The translations under genes were made by a program, and so were the position numbers. This document shows positions 17,918 to 26,675 of a stretch of DNA of 64,000 nt, in pieces. Numbering within the stretch: the first letter of the stretch is position 1; each line of letters opens with the position of its first letter. The notes below the pieces were generated by a model. The model saw nothing but the letters and a program-made list of their open reading frames with translations, did not search any database and was not told where the DNA came from. Source of the DNA: Bacteroidales bacterium (GTDB lineage Bacteria > Bacteroidota > Bacteroidia > Bacteroidales > WCHB1-69); NCBI GenBank assembly GCA_017617445.1, contig JAFZWE010000012.1, positions 50,818-114,817 of the forward strand. The letters run 5' to 3'.

Positions 17918-18592
17918 ATGAATCAGGAGTTTTATAAAAATCTAATCGGAGAAATCCCTTCCCGTGTAACCTTGATTGCTGTTTCCAAAACCAAGCCCGA
18001 AAGCGACATACTGACGCTATATGAGCTGGGGCAACGGCATTTCGGGGAAAATTGGGCGCAGGAACTCCGGCAAAAACACGAAGATCTGCCCAAAGATATC
18101 TGCTGGCACTTTATCGGTCATCTTCAAACCAACAAGATCAAGTACATTATTCCGTACGTGCACCTGATCCACAGCATTGACAGTTTCCATCTGCTGGAGG
18201 AGGTCAATCGGCAGGCGGAAAAATGTGGAAGAGTGGTACCGTGCCTGTTGCAGTTTCATATTGCTACCGAAGAGACCAAATTTGGATTTTCGCTGGAAGA
18301 ATGTTTTCAAATGATTGAAAACCAAGAATTTAAAAAACTTCAAAATATTGAGCTCCGCGGTGTGATGGGCATGTCCAGCGTTACAGACGACCAGTCCCAA
18401 ATCCGGAGAGAATTTGCACAGCTCCGCACGTATTATGACGAACTCAAACAGAATTTCTTTTCACACCAAGATTCTTTCAAAGAAATCTCCATGGGCATGA
18501 GCGGTGATTATCCCATTGCCATTGAGGAAGGCTCCACCATGATCCGCGTCGGCAGCGCCATCTTTGGGGCGAGAGACTACGGGAAGGGATGA
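17918..18592 (+). CDS. YggS family pyridoxal-phosphate homeostasis protein
   Basis: ORF 17882..18592 has 'FGENWAQEL' and 'HFIGHLQTNK'. I moved the start to Met13 because codons 1-12 lie inside the upstream terminator hairpin. Confidence 0.9.
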   Translation: MNQEFYKNLIGEIPSRVTLIAVSKTKPESDILTLYELGQRHFGENWAQELRQKHEDLPKDICWHFIGHLQTNKIKYIIPYVHLIHSIDSFHLLEEVNRQAEKCGRVVPCLLQFHIATEETKFGFSLEECFQMIENQEFKKLQNIELRGVMGMSSVTDDQSQIRREFAQLRTYYDELKQNFFSHQDSFKEISMGMSGDYPIAIEEGSTMIRVGSAIFGARDYGKG

Positions 18593-18593
18593 A

Positions 18594-18619
18594 CAATTGA
18601 CAATTGACAATTGTCAATT
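18594..18619. repeat. caattga direct repeats ending in a perfect 18-bp palindrome aattgacaattgtcaatt
   Basis: Read directly; the palindrome spans 18602..18619, immediately after the yggS stop codon. Confidence 0.8.
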
Positions 18620-18670
18620 AAACATGAACAGGATGTTTCATTCCGTAAAGTGCTGATTCACACAGTTGTA

Positions 18671-18698
18671 GAGACGCGACGAATCGCGTCTCTTTTTT
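18671..18698 (+). terminator. Rho-independent terminator after yggS (GAGACGCGA hairpin family)
   Basis: The stem gagacgcga/tcgcgtctc is 9 bp and perfect, with loop cgaa, followed by T6. Confidence 0.75.
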
Positions 18699-18781
18699 CA
18701 ATAATCAGAAAAAAAATCTCCCCAGATGAGTGAAATATTTGTCTCATAATTGATATTATGTTAAATAGAATAGGCGTAAAA

Positions 18782-18810
18782 GAGAATGCCGTCATCACGA
18801 CGGCACTCTC
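18782..18810 (-). terminator. Terminator after the GT2 gene
   Basis: The stem gagaatgccgtc/gacggcactctc is 12 bp with 1 mismatch. A TTTT run follows on the minus strand. Confidence 0.5.
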
Positions 18811-18831
18811 CTAACAAAAATACCATGAAAA

Positions 18832-19566
18832 CTATCCCAGCCGCTCCCATTTACGGAACCAGCTTCGGATTTTAAGTCCAATCACCCCAAAAATAGCTTC
18901 AGAGAAAATGCCCTTGCTCATTTTTGAAGTGCCTTCTGTACGATCTTTGAAAATGATGGAAACTTCCTGGATCTTGAATTTCAGCTTCCATACAGTAAAT
19001 TTCATCTCAATTTGAAATCCGTAACCCACATGATGAATTTTACTGAAATCTATGGCACGAAGTGTGTCGGCTTTGTAGCAGATAAAACCCGCTGTAGTAT
19101 CACGCACAGGAAGTCCGGTGATAAGACGCACATACGTGGAGCCATAATATGACATCAACAGTCGTGACATGGGCCAGTTGAGTACATTGACTCCATTGCA
19201 GTAGCGGGATCCCACAGCAGCATCTGCACCATCCACGGAACAAGCTTTGTACAAACGCTCCAAATCGTAAGGGTCGTGGGAAAAATCTGCATCCATCTCA
19301 AAAATATAGTCGTATTGGTGTTCCAATGCCCACTTGAAACCATGGATATAAGCCGTTCCCAAGCCTAATTTACCTGTCCGCTCCTCCATGAAAAGTCGGT
19401 CAGGGTACTCCCCTATCAACCGCCGTACAATATCAGCGGTGCCATCGGGGGAATTATCCTCAATGATCAAGATATGGTAGTCACCCAGAGAAAAGGTGAA
19501 ACGGATGATTTTCTCGATGTTCTCCTTCTCATTATAGGTTGGAATAATAACTAACTTCTTGTCCAT
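18832..19566 (-). CDS. GT2 polyprenol-phosphate mannosyltransferase-like glycosyltransferase
   Basis: ORF 18832..19647 has 'VIIPTYNEKENI' and 'DADFSHDP'. The start is set at the internal 'MDKKLVII' to avoid overlap with the upstream gene, which ends at 19574. Confidence 0.85.
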   Translation of the reverse strand: MDKKLVIIPTYNEKENIEKIIRFTFSLGDYHILIIEDNSPDGTADIVRRLIGEYPDRLFMEERTGKLGLGTAYIHGFKWALEHQYDYIFEMDADFSHDPYDLERLYKACSVDGADAAVGSRYCNGVNVLNWPMSRLLMSYYGSTYVRLITGLPVRDTTAGFICYKADTLRAIDFSKIHHVGYGFQIEMKFTVWKLKFKIQEVSIIFKDRTEGTSKMSKGIFSEAIFGVIGLKIRSWFRKWERLG

Positions 19567-19573
19567 TTGTATT

Positions 19574-20602
19574 TTAGTTATTTTTTTCAAGGATAATATA
19601 AACCGGCAGGTGATCGCTGTAACCTCCGAGGAAAGTTCCACCGGCAAGAGTTCTGAAGGGGGTTCCCTCGTATGTTCCGGTTTTGTTCAGCAAAAAATTC
19701 GCACGGAAAATGCGCACTCCACTATAACGAAATCCTTGTGTGGCATTGAGTAATCCGTATGAAATGATGATCTGGTCAATCACATTAGGCTCATCGCGAT
19801 ATACGTAAGACCAAATGCCCTCCATGTATAATTTGTACATAGGGTTGAACAATTGGTTTACAGAAACATCCTTGGCTTTTGTTTTGGGTTGAAGGCTATG
19901 CACGATACTCTTGGCATTCGGATTGTCGTTCAAGTCGCCCATTAAAACGATTTTTGCGGCAGGATTTGACAGCATGATGGAGTCGGTGATATGCTTGCTC
20001 AATTCTGCGGCAGCGATGCGTTTTGGCATACTCAATTTTTCTCCGCCGATTTTTGAAGGCCAGTGATTGACAATGATATGGATGGTGTCAGTACCGTCAA
20101 TCACTCCCTGGATAAGGAGTTGGTCTCGGGTACGGAAAGCGGTATCGCCTGTGACCAGCCGATAAGGCCTTTTATAAATCACTTTAAAGCGATCTTTCTG
20201 GTAAAGCAGGGCTACATCCACTCCGCGGCGGTCTGGGGAGTCGTGGTGCACCACCCCGTAGTTAAACGGTTGGAGCGCTGGCCGACTGACCAAATCCAAG
20301 AGTACACCTTCGTTTTCCACTTCAGAAACGCCCAAGGCCACGAGGCCACCGTACTCTTTGGCAATCTGTGAGATGGCGTATGCCATGTTGTTCTGTTTGA
20401 TGTTGTATCTCTCGGTGGTCCACTGATATTCTCCGTCGGGCAGGAATTGTGCATCGTTGGTTCTCGGATCGTCAATCGTGTCAAAAAGGTTTTCAAGATT
20501 GTAGAAACCGATGATCGCGATGTTTTTTTCCTGAGCAAAAACAGAAAACAGTCCAGCGGTACACAGGACAAAAATCAAAAGACACTTTTTCAGCATATCC
20601 AT
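19574..20602 (-). CDS. Endonuclease/exonuclease/phosphatase family protein, secreted
   Basis: The 342-aa ORF has a signal peptide, 'VNHWPSK' and the C-terminal 'YSDHLPV' EEP motif. Confidence 0.8.
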   Translation of the reverse strand: MDMLKKCLLIFVLCTAGLFSVFAQEKNIAIIGFYNLENLFDTIDDPRTNDAQFLPDGEYQWTTERYNIKQNNMAYAISQIAKEYGGLVALGVSEVENEGVLLDLVSRPALQPFNYGVVHHDSPDRRGVDVALLYQKDRFKVIYKRPYRLVTGDTAFRTRDQLLIQGVIDGTDTIHIIVNHWPSKIGGEKLSMPKRIAAAELSKHITDSIMLSNPAAKIVLMGDLNDNPNAKSIVHSLQPKTKAKDVSVNQLFNPMYKLYMEGIWSYVYRDEPNVIDQIIISYGLLNATQGFRYSGVRIFRANFLLNKTGTYEGTPFRTLAGGTFLGGYSDHLPVYIILEKNN

Positions 20603-20613
20603 CTTGTTAGCTT

Positions 20614-21495
20614 TTAGTTGTTCAGTGCTTCCGCACCGCTTACAATCTCTATCAGCTCGTTGGTAATAGAGGATTGGCGGGCGTTGTTGTACTTGAGACG
20701 CAAATCTTTCAGGATTTCAGTGGCATTGTCGGTGGCTTTGTGCATGGCGGTCATGCGCGCGCCGTGTTCCGAAGCAATAGAATCCAGCAGAGTTTTGTAT
20801 AGCTGGAGTTTTAAAATCTTGGGAATGAGTTCTGTAAGAATGGATTCCTGATCCGGTTCGAAGATGTAGTCGTGGTTCATGGCACTCCCCTCCCCTTGTG
20901 TCTCCAACTGCCGGATGGGAAGGAAGTCTTCCGCCACCAGCATCTGGGTAGCCTGGTTCACGAAGCGATTATATATAATTTGTACGACGTCAATCTTCTT
21001 TTCCATAAAGTCAGCCATCAACTGTTCTGCGAGACGGGAGATCTCCTCAAAGGAGGAGTTTTCAACCAGCTCTTCATTGGACCAGGCGATCTCATGCTCT
21101 TTGGAAAGTTGTTCCTTGGCTTTTTTCCCGATGCAGTACAGTTGCACATTGCCAGCGGCACGCTGTGAGGCATACTCCTCTTTGAGCAGGGCGTCCACCT
21201 TCTTGACGATGTTGGTGTTGAAGGCTCCGCACAAGCCGCGATTGGAGGAGATGACCACCAAGGCCACACGTTGGGGCTCACGCACCTGGAAAAGCGGCAT
21301 CGCATCCAGACTGTCGGAATTGCCGGAAAGGTTCTGCAGAATCTCATTGAGTTTGTTGGAGTACGGACGCAAATTGATAATGGCCATTTGGGCACGTCTC
21401 AACTTTGAGGCCGACACCATCTTCATCGCACTCGTGATTTTCTGAGTGGACTGGACGGATGCGATTCTGACTCTGATTTCTTTTAGACTTGCCAT
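20614..21495 (-). CDS. atpG: F1 ATP synthase gamma subunit
   Basis: The 293-aa ORF starts 'MASLKEIRVRIASVQSTQKITSAMKMVSASKLRRAQ' and ends '...ITNELIEIVSGAEAL'. Confidence 0.95.
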   Translation of the reverse strand: MASLKEIRVRIASVQSTQKITSAMKMVSASKLRRAQMAIINLRPYSNKLNEILQNLSGNSDSLDAMPLFQVREPQRVALVVISSNRGLCGAFNTNIVKKVDALLKEEYASQRAAGNVQLYCIGKKAKEQLSKEHEIAWSNEELVENSSFEEISRLAEQLMADFMEKKIDVVQIIYNRFVNQATQMLVAEDFLPIRQLETQGEGSAMNHDYIFEPDQESILTELIPKILKLQLYKTLLDSIASEHGARMTAMHKATDNATEILKDLRLKYNNARQSSITNELIEIVSGAEALNN

Positions 21496-21501
21496 AAGTG
21501 A

Positions 21502-23091
21502 TTACAATTCATACTTTTTAACTACATCATTGCAAACGTCTTCCAGTTCAGCGGTCAGTTCATCGTTGATTTTACCGCTTTTGAGCTGTGCCAGCAGTCC
21601 CTGATGGCTTTCATGAAGGACATTCAGGTATTCGTCCTCAAAATTTTTGATACGGTTGGTCGGCACAGAAAGCAGCAGTCCCTTCACACCGCAGTAGATG
21701 ATGGCAATTTGGTCTTCCACTGTGAGAGGCGTGTACTGGGGTTGCTTCAAGATTTCAACGTTGCGCACACCTTTATCGAGGGTTTTCTGTGTGGAGGCAT
21801 CCACATCGGAACCGAACTTGGCGAAGGATTCAAGCTCACGGTACTGTGCTTGGTCAAGTTTCAAGGTACCAGCCACCTTCTTCATGGATTTGATCTGAGC
21901 GTTACCGCCGACACGGGACACAGAGATACCCACATTGATGGCGGGCCGCACACCGGAGTTAAACAAAGATGTCTCCAGATAGATCTGCCCGTCAGTGATA
22001 GAGATGACGTTGGTCGGGATATAAGCGGAAACGTCTCCTGCCTGTGTTTCAATGATGGGCAGGGCTGTCAGGGAGCCGCCACCTTTGACAATGGGTTTCA
22101 GCACCTCGGGCAGGTCGTTCATTTGAGCGGCGATTTCATCAGATTCAATGATCTTGGCAGCTCTTTCCAGAAGTCTGGAATGGAGGTAGAACACATCACC
22201 GGGGTAAGCCTCACGTCCAGGCGGGCGACGGAGAAGCAAAGAGACTTCGCGGTAAGCCACAGCCTGTTTGGAAAGGTCGTCATAAATGATGAGGGCCGGA
22301 CGTCCCGTGTCGCGGAAATACTCGCCAATGGCGGCACCGGCAAACGGAGCATAGAACTGCATGGCAGCGGTATCCGATGCGGTGGCAGTCACCACAATGG
22401 TGTACGGCATGGCACCATGTTCCGTCAGGGTCTTCACGATGCTGGCCACGGACGAACCCTTTTGTCCGACAGCTACATAAATGCAATATACGGGATTTCC
22501 TTCCTCATAGAATTTTTTCTGGTTGATGATGGTGTCAATGGCGATGGCGGTTTTACCCGTCTGGCGGTCACCAATGATCAGCTCACGCTGGCCCCTGCCG
22601 ATCGGGATCATGGCGTCGACAGCCTTGATACCGGTTTGGAGAGGTTCCTTGACGGGCTGGCGGAAGATGATACCGGGAGCTTTACGCTCTATGGGCATTT
22701 CATACAAGTCGCCTTCAATTTTGCCTTTGCCGTCAATGGGTTCTCCCAGGGTGTTGATGACACGGCCGCAAAGCCCCTCTCCCACCTTGATGGAAGCAAT
22801 TCGTCCGGTGCGTTTGCAAACGTCGCCTTCGTTCAGCGTCTTGGCGTCGCCGAGCAACACCACACCGACGTTATCCTCTTCAAGGTTGAGCACAATACCC
22901 ATAATGGTTTCCTCTTCTTTTTCAAAGACCACAAGCTCACCCGACTGGGCGTTCTGGAGCCCATAGACACGGGCGATGCCGTCACCGACAATCAGCACTG
23001 TGCCGACTTCTGCCAGTTCAGACTTGGAGTCGTAGTTTTGTAACTGTTGACGGAGTATCGCAGTTACTTCTGATGGTTTAATGTCTGCCAT
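21502..23091 (-). CDS. atpA: F1 ATP synthase alpha subunit
   Basis: The 529-aa ORF has the Walker A motif 'GDRQTGKT' and '[14 protein letters not shown]'. Confidence 0.97.
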   Translation of the reverse strand: MADIKPSEVTAILRQQLQNYDSKSELAEVGTVLIVGDGIARVYGLQNAQSGELVVFEKEEETIMGIVLNLEEDNVGVVLLGDAKTLNEGDVCKRTGRIASIKVGEGLCGRVINTLGEPIDGKGKIEGDLYEMPIERKAPGIIFRQPVKEPLQTGIKAVDAMIPIGRGQRELIIGDRQTGKTAIAIDTIINQKKFYEEGNPVYCIYVAVGQKGSSVASIVKTLTEHGAMPYTIVVTATASDTAAMQFYAPFAGAAIGEYFRDTGRPALIIYDDLSKQAVAYREVSLLLRRPPGREAYPGDVFYLHSRLLERAAKIIESDEIAAQMNDLPEVLKPIVKGGGSLTALPIIETQAGDVSAYIPTNVISITDGQIYLETSLFNSGVRPAINVGISVSRVGGNAQIKSMKKVAGTLKLDQAQYRELESFAKFGSDVDASTQKTLDKGVRNVEILKQPQYTPLTVEDQIAIIYCGVKGLLLSVPTNRIKNFEDEYLNVLHESHQGLLAQLKSGKINDELTAELEDVCNDVVKKYEL

Positions 23092-23124
23092 AATATTTAA
23101 ATACTTGTTTTATTTTTAATATGA

Positions 23125-23682
23125 TTAGAAATTCTGCTGGTACAGGTTTTTGGAGAATTCCGCTCTCAGCTTGTTGATTCTCCCGGAGATGCTGGCGTCA
23201 AAGAGGAAGTCGTCCACATGGAGGATGAGTCCGCCGATGATTTTAGGATTGACTACCTGCTGAAGCCGGATGGTGGAGTGGGTTTCCTCTTCCAGCAGTT
23301 TTTGTATCTCCTGAAGAAGGTGTTCGGGGAGTTCAACCGCCGTGGTAAGTGTGGCGGATTTCATGTTATGGTGGCGGTAATAATCCTGTTCGTAGAAATA
23401 AAAAATGTCCATCAGCGCAGGCTCGCGGCGTTTCTTGAGAATCAGCAGCAAGAACTGGAGGGTGATGGGTTCTATTTTTCCGGAGAAAAGGGCATTGAAG
23501 ATGGATTCCTTCTTGTCGGCAGGCATCACCGGACTTTCAATGATGACCCTGAGCTCGCGGTTCTCCTTGAACACTTGGTTGAGCAGGACGACATCGCGGT
23601 AGACCTTTTCCTCTTTTGTCTGCTCCTCGGCAAAGTCGTACAATGCACCGGCATAGCGACTGGAGAGTTTAGATTTTTTCAT
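23125..23682 (-). CDS. atpH: F1 ATP synthase delta (OSCP) subunit
   Basis: ORF 23125..23721. The start is set at the internal 'MKKSKLSSRYAGALYDFA', a typical delta N-terminus. Confidence 0.85.
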   Translation of the reverse strand: MKKSKLSSRYAGALYDFAEEQTKEEKVYRDVVLLNQVFKENRELRVIIESPVMPADKKESIFNALFSGKIEPITLQFLLLILKKRREPALMDIFYFYEQDYYRHHNMKSATLTTAVELPEHLLQEIQKLLEEETHSTIRLQQVVNPKIIGGLILHVDDFLFDASISGRINKLRAEFSKNLYQQNF

Positions 23683-23693
23683 CTGTGAATCAA

Positions 23694-24188
23694 TTAGTTG
23701 ATACTTACATCTTTCATCCACTTGGCCACAAGAGCTTCTTGTTTGTTTTTGTCAGACAGCTCTTCGGAAAGGATTTTTTCCGCAATTTCAATGGACATCT
23801 GCGCAATCTCGTTCTTGATGTCCGTCAGGGCTTTCATCTTCTCAAAATGGATGGTCTGTTTGGCCTCGTTAATGAGATTCTGCGCTTCGCGGCTGGCCTT
23901 CTCCTTGGCATCGTCGTACATCTTTTCGCTCAACTTCCGGGCTTCGGAAAGAATGACATCGCGTTCCTCTTTGGCCTTTTGGAGCAGTGCCTCATGCTCG
24001 GACTTCAATGCTTTCATCTCTTCACGTGCCTTGGCGGCGGCATTGAGCTGTTCCTCAATGCGTTGCTCACGGCTGTTGATAGCCTTGACAATCACAGGCC
24101 ATGCAAATTTTCTAAGAATAAAATAAAGGATGCCGAAACCGATGAGCATCCAAAAAAGCAGTCCGAATCCTGGAGTAATTAAATCCAT
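23694..24188 (-). CDS. atpF: F0 ATP synthase subunit b
   Basis: ORF 23694..24224. The start is at 'MDLITPGFGLLFWMLIGFGILYFIL' (single TM) followed by a long charged helix. A -7 box lies at 24222..24229. Confidence 0.85.
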   Translation of the reverse strand: MDLITPGFGLLFWMLIGFGILYFILRKFAWPVIVKAINSREQRIEEQLNAAAKAREEMKALKSEHEALLQKAKEERDVILSEARKLSEKMYDDAKEKASREAQNLINEAKQTIHFEKMKALTDIKNEIAQMSIEIAEKILSEELSDKNKQEALVAKWMKDVSIN

Positions 24189-24221
24189 AGTTTTTGAATT
24201 TGGGTTATAAAAAAAACGCGG

Positions 24222-24229
24222 CAAATATA
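24222..24229 (-). promoter_or_regulatory. -7 box (TATATTTG) for atpFHAG
   Basis: The plus strand reads caaatata, 34 nt upstream of the atpF ATG at 24188. Confidence 0.55.
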
Positions 24230-24344
24230 CAACTTTTCTTCTGATTTTCCTCCGTCAAAACTTTTTTTTATTTTTCACCTTCTGCAAGCCCGCCGGCAAC
24301 AAACTTGTTTGATGTGCAGCAACACAGAATTCATTTTTTTATTG

Positions 24345-24352
24345 TACTTTTG
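24345..24352 (+). promoter_or_regulatory. -7 box (TACTTTTG) for recG
   Basis: The box reads tacttttg, 62 nt before the ATG at 24414. Confidence 0.45.
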
Positions 24353-24413
24353 CCGTTGCCTGCGAAACTGCTGGATTGACGATGTTTCTTCTTTTACTGA
24401 CAAATGCAATATT

Positions 24414-26528
24414 ATGACTCCCAGTTTTTTACAAACACCTATTGAATACTTGAAAGGCATCGGCCCCCAGCGGGCCAATGTGCTGAAGCGTGAATTTTCA
24501 ATCTTCACTTATGGGGATTTGCTCTACAATTTCCCTTTCAGGCATGTGGACAAAAGCACGATTCACAAGGTCTGCGACATCCAGCAAGAGGGAGTTTACA
24601 TGCAGTTCCGCGGGCACGTTGTCGGCTATCAGATCCTCGGGCAGCAGCGCAACAAGCGGATTTCCGCACAGTTTTCCGATGGAACCGGCACCGTAGAGTT
24701 GGTCTGGTTCAACGGCCTCAAGTGGGTGGAGGAAATCCTGCAGGAAAAACATAAAGACATGGTCATCTTCGGGAAACCCACGCTCTTTAATCACCGCTGG
24801 AACATCTCCCACCCCGAAATCATCGACCCTAAAGCTCGGCAGGAAAACAATATCCCGGAACATTTTTACCCGCTGTACAACACTTCGGAGAAGGCAAAAA
24901 AAGCCGGATTGGATTCCAAAGCCATGGCCAAGTTGACGGCCACCCTGCTGATCCAGCATAAGAACAGCATCTTTCCAGAGCACCTTTCCAAGGAAATCAT
25001 TGACGAACATCATCTGATGTCTTTGAAAGAGGCATTGTTTAATATTCATTTTCCTGAAAATCAAGAGAAACTGAATCAGGCCAATTTCAGGTTGAAATTT
25101 GACGAATTGTTTTTTACGCAACTCAAATTATTGAAATTGAAATTGTTGACAGAGCGAAAGTTCCGGGGACATATTTTTGCCCATGTGGGAGAGAGTTTCA
25201 ACCATTTCTATCACCACCGGCTGAAATTCGATCTGACAGGGGCGCAGAAGCGCGTGATCAAGGAAATCCGGGCGGATATGGGAAGTGGGCGGCAGATGAA
25301 CCGCCTGTTGCAGGGAGATGTGGGTAGCGGAAAGACCGTGACGGCTCTGCTGGTCATGCTGATTGCCCATGACAACGGATTCCAGTCCTGCCTGATGGCC
25401 CCGACCGAGATTCTGGCACAGCAGCATTTCGCCAACATCTCCCGGCAACTGGGAGACATGGGGGTGTCGGTGGCGTTGCTCACCGGATCCACCAAGTCGG
25501 CGGAACGCCGGCAGATACTGGCGGGCATTGCTGACGGCAGCATCCATATCCTGATTGGCACGCACGCGTTGATTGAGGACAGTGTGGTGTTCCGCAATCT
25601 GGGGCTGGCGGTGATTGACGAGCAGCACCGCTTCGGAGTGGAACAGCGCGCCAAACTGTGGGAAAAAAACCGCATTCCACCACATGTGCTGGTGATGACC
25701 GCCACACCCATACCGCGCACGCTCGCCATGACGGTTTATGGCGACCTGGACCTTTCTGTCATTGACGAATTGCCCCAGGGCCGCAAGCCCATCATCACGG
25801 CCCACTATTTTGAGCGCGACCGGCTCAAACTGCTGGGCTTCATGCGGCAACAGATTGACCTGGGACGGCAGGTGTTTGTGGTTTATCCGTTGATTACCGA
25901 ATCCGAGAATCTGGATCTTATTGATTTGCAGAATGGTTATGAAGCCATGTCCAGATATTTCCCCCTTCCCCGCTACGCAGTGGGCATGGTGCATGGCCGG
26001 ATGAAAAATGAAGAGAAAGATTACGAGATGCGCCGGTTTAGCGAGGGCAGCACCAACATTCTGGTATCCACCACAGTGATTGAGGTGGGAATAGACATCC
26101 CCAATGCAACGGTGATGGTGATTGAGAATGCCGAGCGGTTTGGGCTTTCGCAGTTGCACCAGCTTCGCGGGCGCGTGGGGCGCGGAGGCGCGCAGTCGTA
26201 TTGTATTTTGATGACCAAAGACCAGCTCTCATCGGATGGACGACAGCGCATCCAGGCAATGGTGAGCACGACCGATGGATTTGAGATCGCGAACTGCGAC
26301 CTCAAGCTGCGCGGCCCTGGCGATTTGCAGGGCACCCAGCAGAGCGGAGTGCTTGATTTCAAAATCGCGGATATTGTCAAAGATGAAAAGCTGGTAGCCT
26401 ATACAAGAGCACTGGCAAAACGCATTCTGGAAACCGACCCCGATCTCTCGCAACCCGCCCACCAAGTCATGGCTGACTATTTACGTGTTTTGATGAAAAG
26501 TGAAAAATTTTGGGGCATGATCAGCTGA
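24414..26528 (+). CDS. recG: ATP-dependent DNA helicase RecG
   Basis: ORF 24309..26528. The start is at 'MTPSFLQTPIEYLKGIG'. It has Walker A 'GDVGSGKT', 'DEQHRFG' and 'QLHQLRGRVGRG'. Confidence 0.95.
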   Translation: MTPSFLQTPIEYLKGIGPQRANVLKREFSIFTYGDLLYNFPFRHVDKSTIHKVCDIQQEGVYMQFRGHVVGYQILGQQRNKRISAQFSDGTGTVELVWFNGLKWVEEILQEKHKDMVIFGKPTLFNHRWNISHPEIIDPKARQENNIPEHFYPLYNTSEKAKKAGLDSKAMAKLTATLLIQHKNSIFPEHLSKEIIDEHHLMSLKEALFNIHFPENQEKLNQANFRLKFDELFFTQLKLLKLKLLTERKFRGHIFAHVGESFNHFYHHRLKFDLTGAQKRVIKEIRADMGSGRQMNRLLQGDVGSGKTVTALLVMLIAHDNGFQSCLMAPTEILAQQHFANISRQLGDMGVSVALLTGSTKSAERRQILAGIADGSIHILIGTHALIEDSVVFRNLGLAVIDEQHRFGVEQRAKLWEKNRIPPHVLVMTATPIPRTLAMTVYGDLDLSVIDELPQGRKPIITAHYFERDRLKLLGFMRQQIDLGRQVFVVYPLITESENLDLIDLQNGYEAMSRYFPLPRYAVGMVHGRMKNEEKDYEMRRFSEGSTNILVSTTVIEVGIDIPNATVMVIENAERFGLSQLHQLRGRVGRGGAQSYCILMTKDQLSSDGRQRIQAMVSTTDGFEIANCDLKLRGPGDLQGTQQSGVLDFKIADIVKDEKLVAYTRALAKRILETDPDLSQPAHQVMADYLRVLMKSEKFWGMIS

Positions 26529-26554
26529 GGTTGCGACAGCCCAACTTTAACCCG

Positions 26555-26610
26555 GAAGTTACATGGCATCACATAATTTGATTTTCCATGCGTAACTTCA
26601 TAGTTTTTTT
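26555..26610 (+). terminator. Possible terminator after recG
   Basis: The arms are gaagttac(a)tgg ... ccat(gc)gtaacttc with a 19-nt loop, followed by T7. Confidence 0.4.
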
Positions 26611-26632
26611 AGTTGTTTTAACAAAAAACATG

Positions 26633-26640
26633 TACTTTTG
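26633..26640 (+). promoter_or_regulatory. -7 box (TACTTTTG) for the TolC-family gene
   Basis: The box reads tacttttg, 36 nt before the ATG at 26676. Confidence 0.5.
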
Positions 26641-26675
26641 CCGCGCTATTCGGTAAACCGCAGTTGAGTTTCCCC

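Noticed and set aside
21604-23043. 479-aa ORF on the plus strand
   Set aside because: It is entirely antisense to the unmistakable atpA and has no recognisable motifs. Long antisense frames of this kind are common opposite highly expressed genes at this GC content.
24275-24508. 77-aa minus-strand ORF upstream of atpF, considered as a possible atpE (c subunit)
   Set aside because: The sequence is basic and hydrophilic with no hairpin of two TM helices. It overlaps the recG start and promoter, so it is not an ATP synthase c subunit.
25128-26159. 343-aa minus-strand ORF
   Set aside because: It is antisense to recG (helicase motifs I-VI are present on the plus strand).
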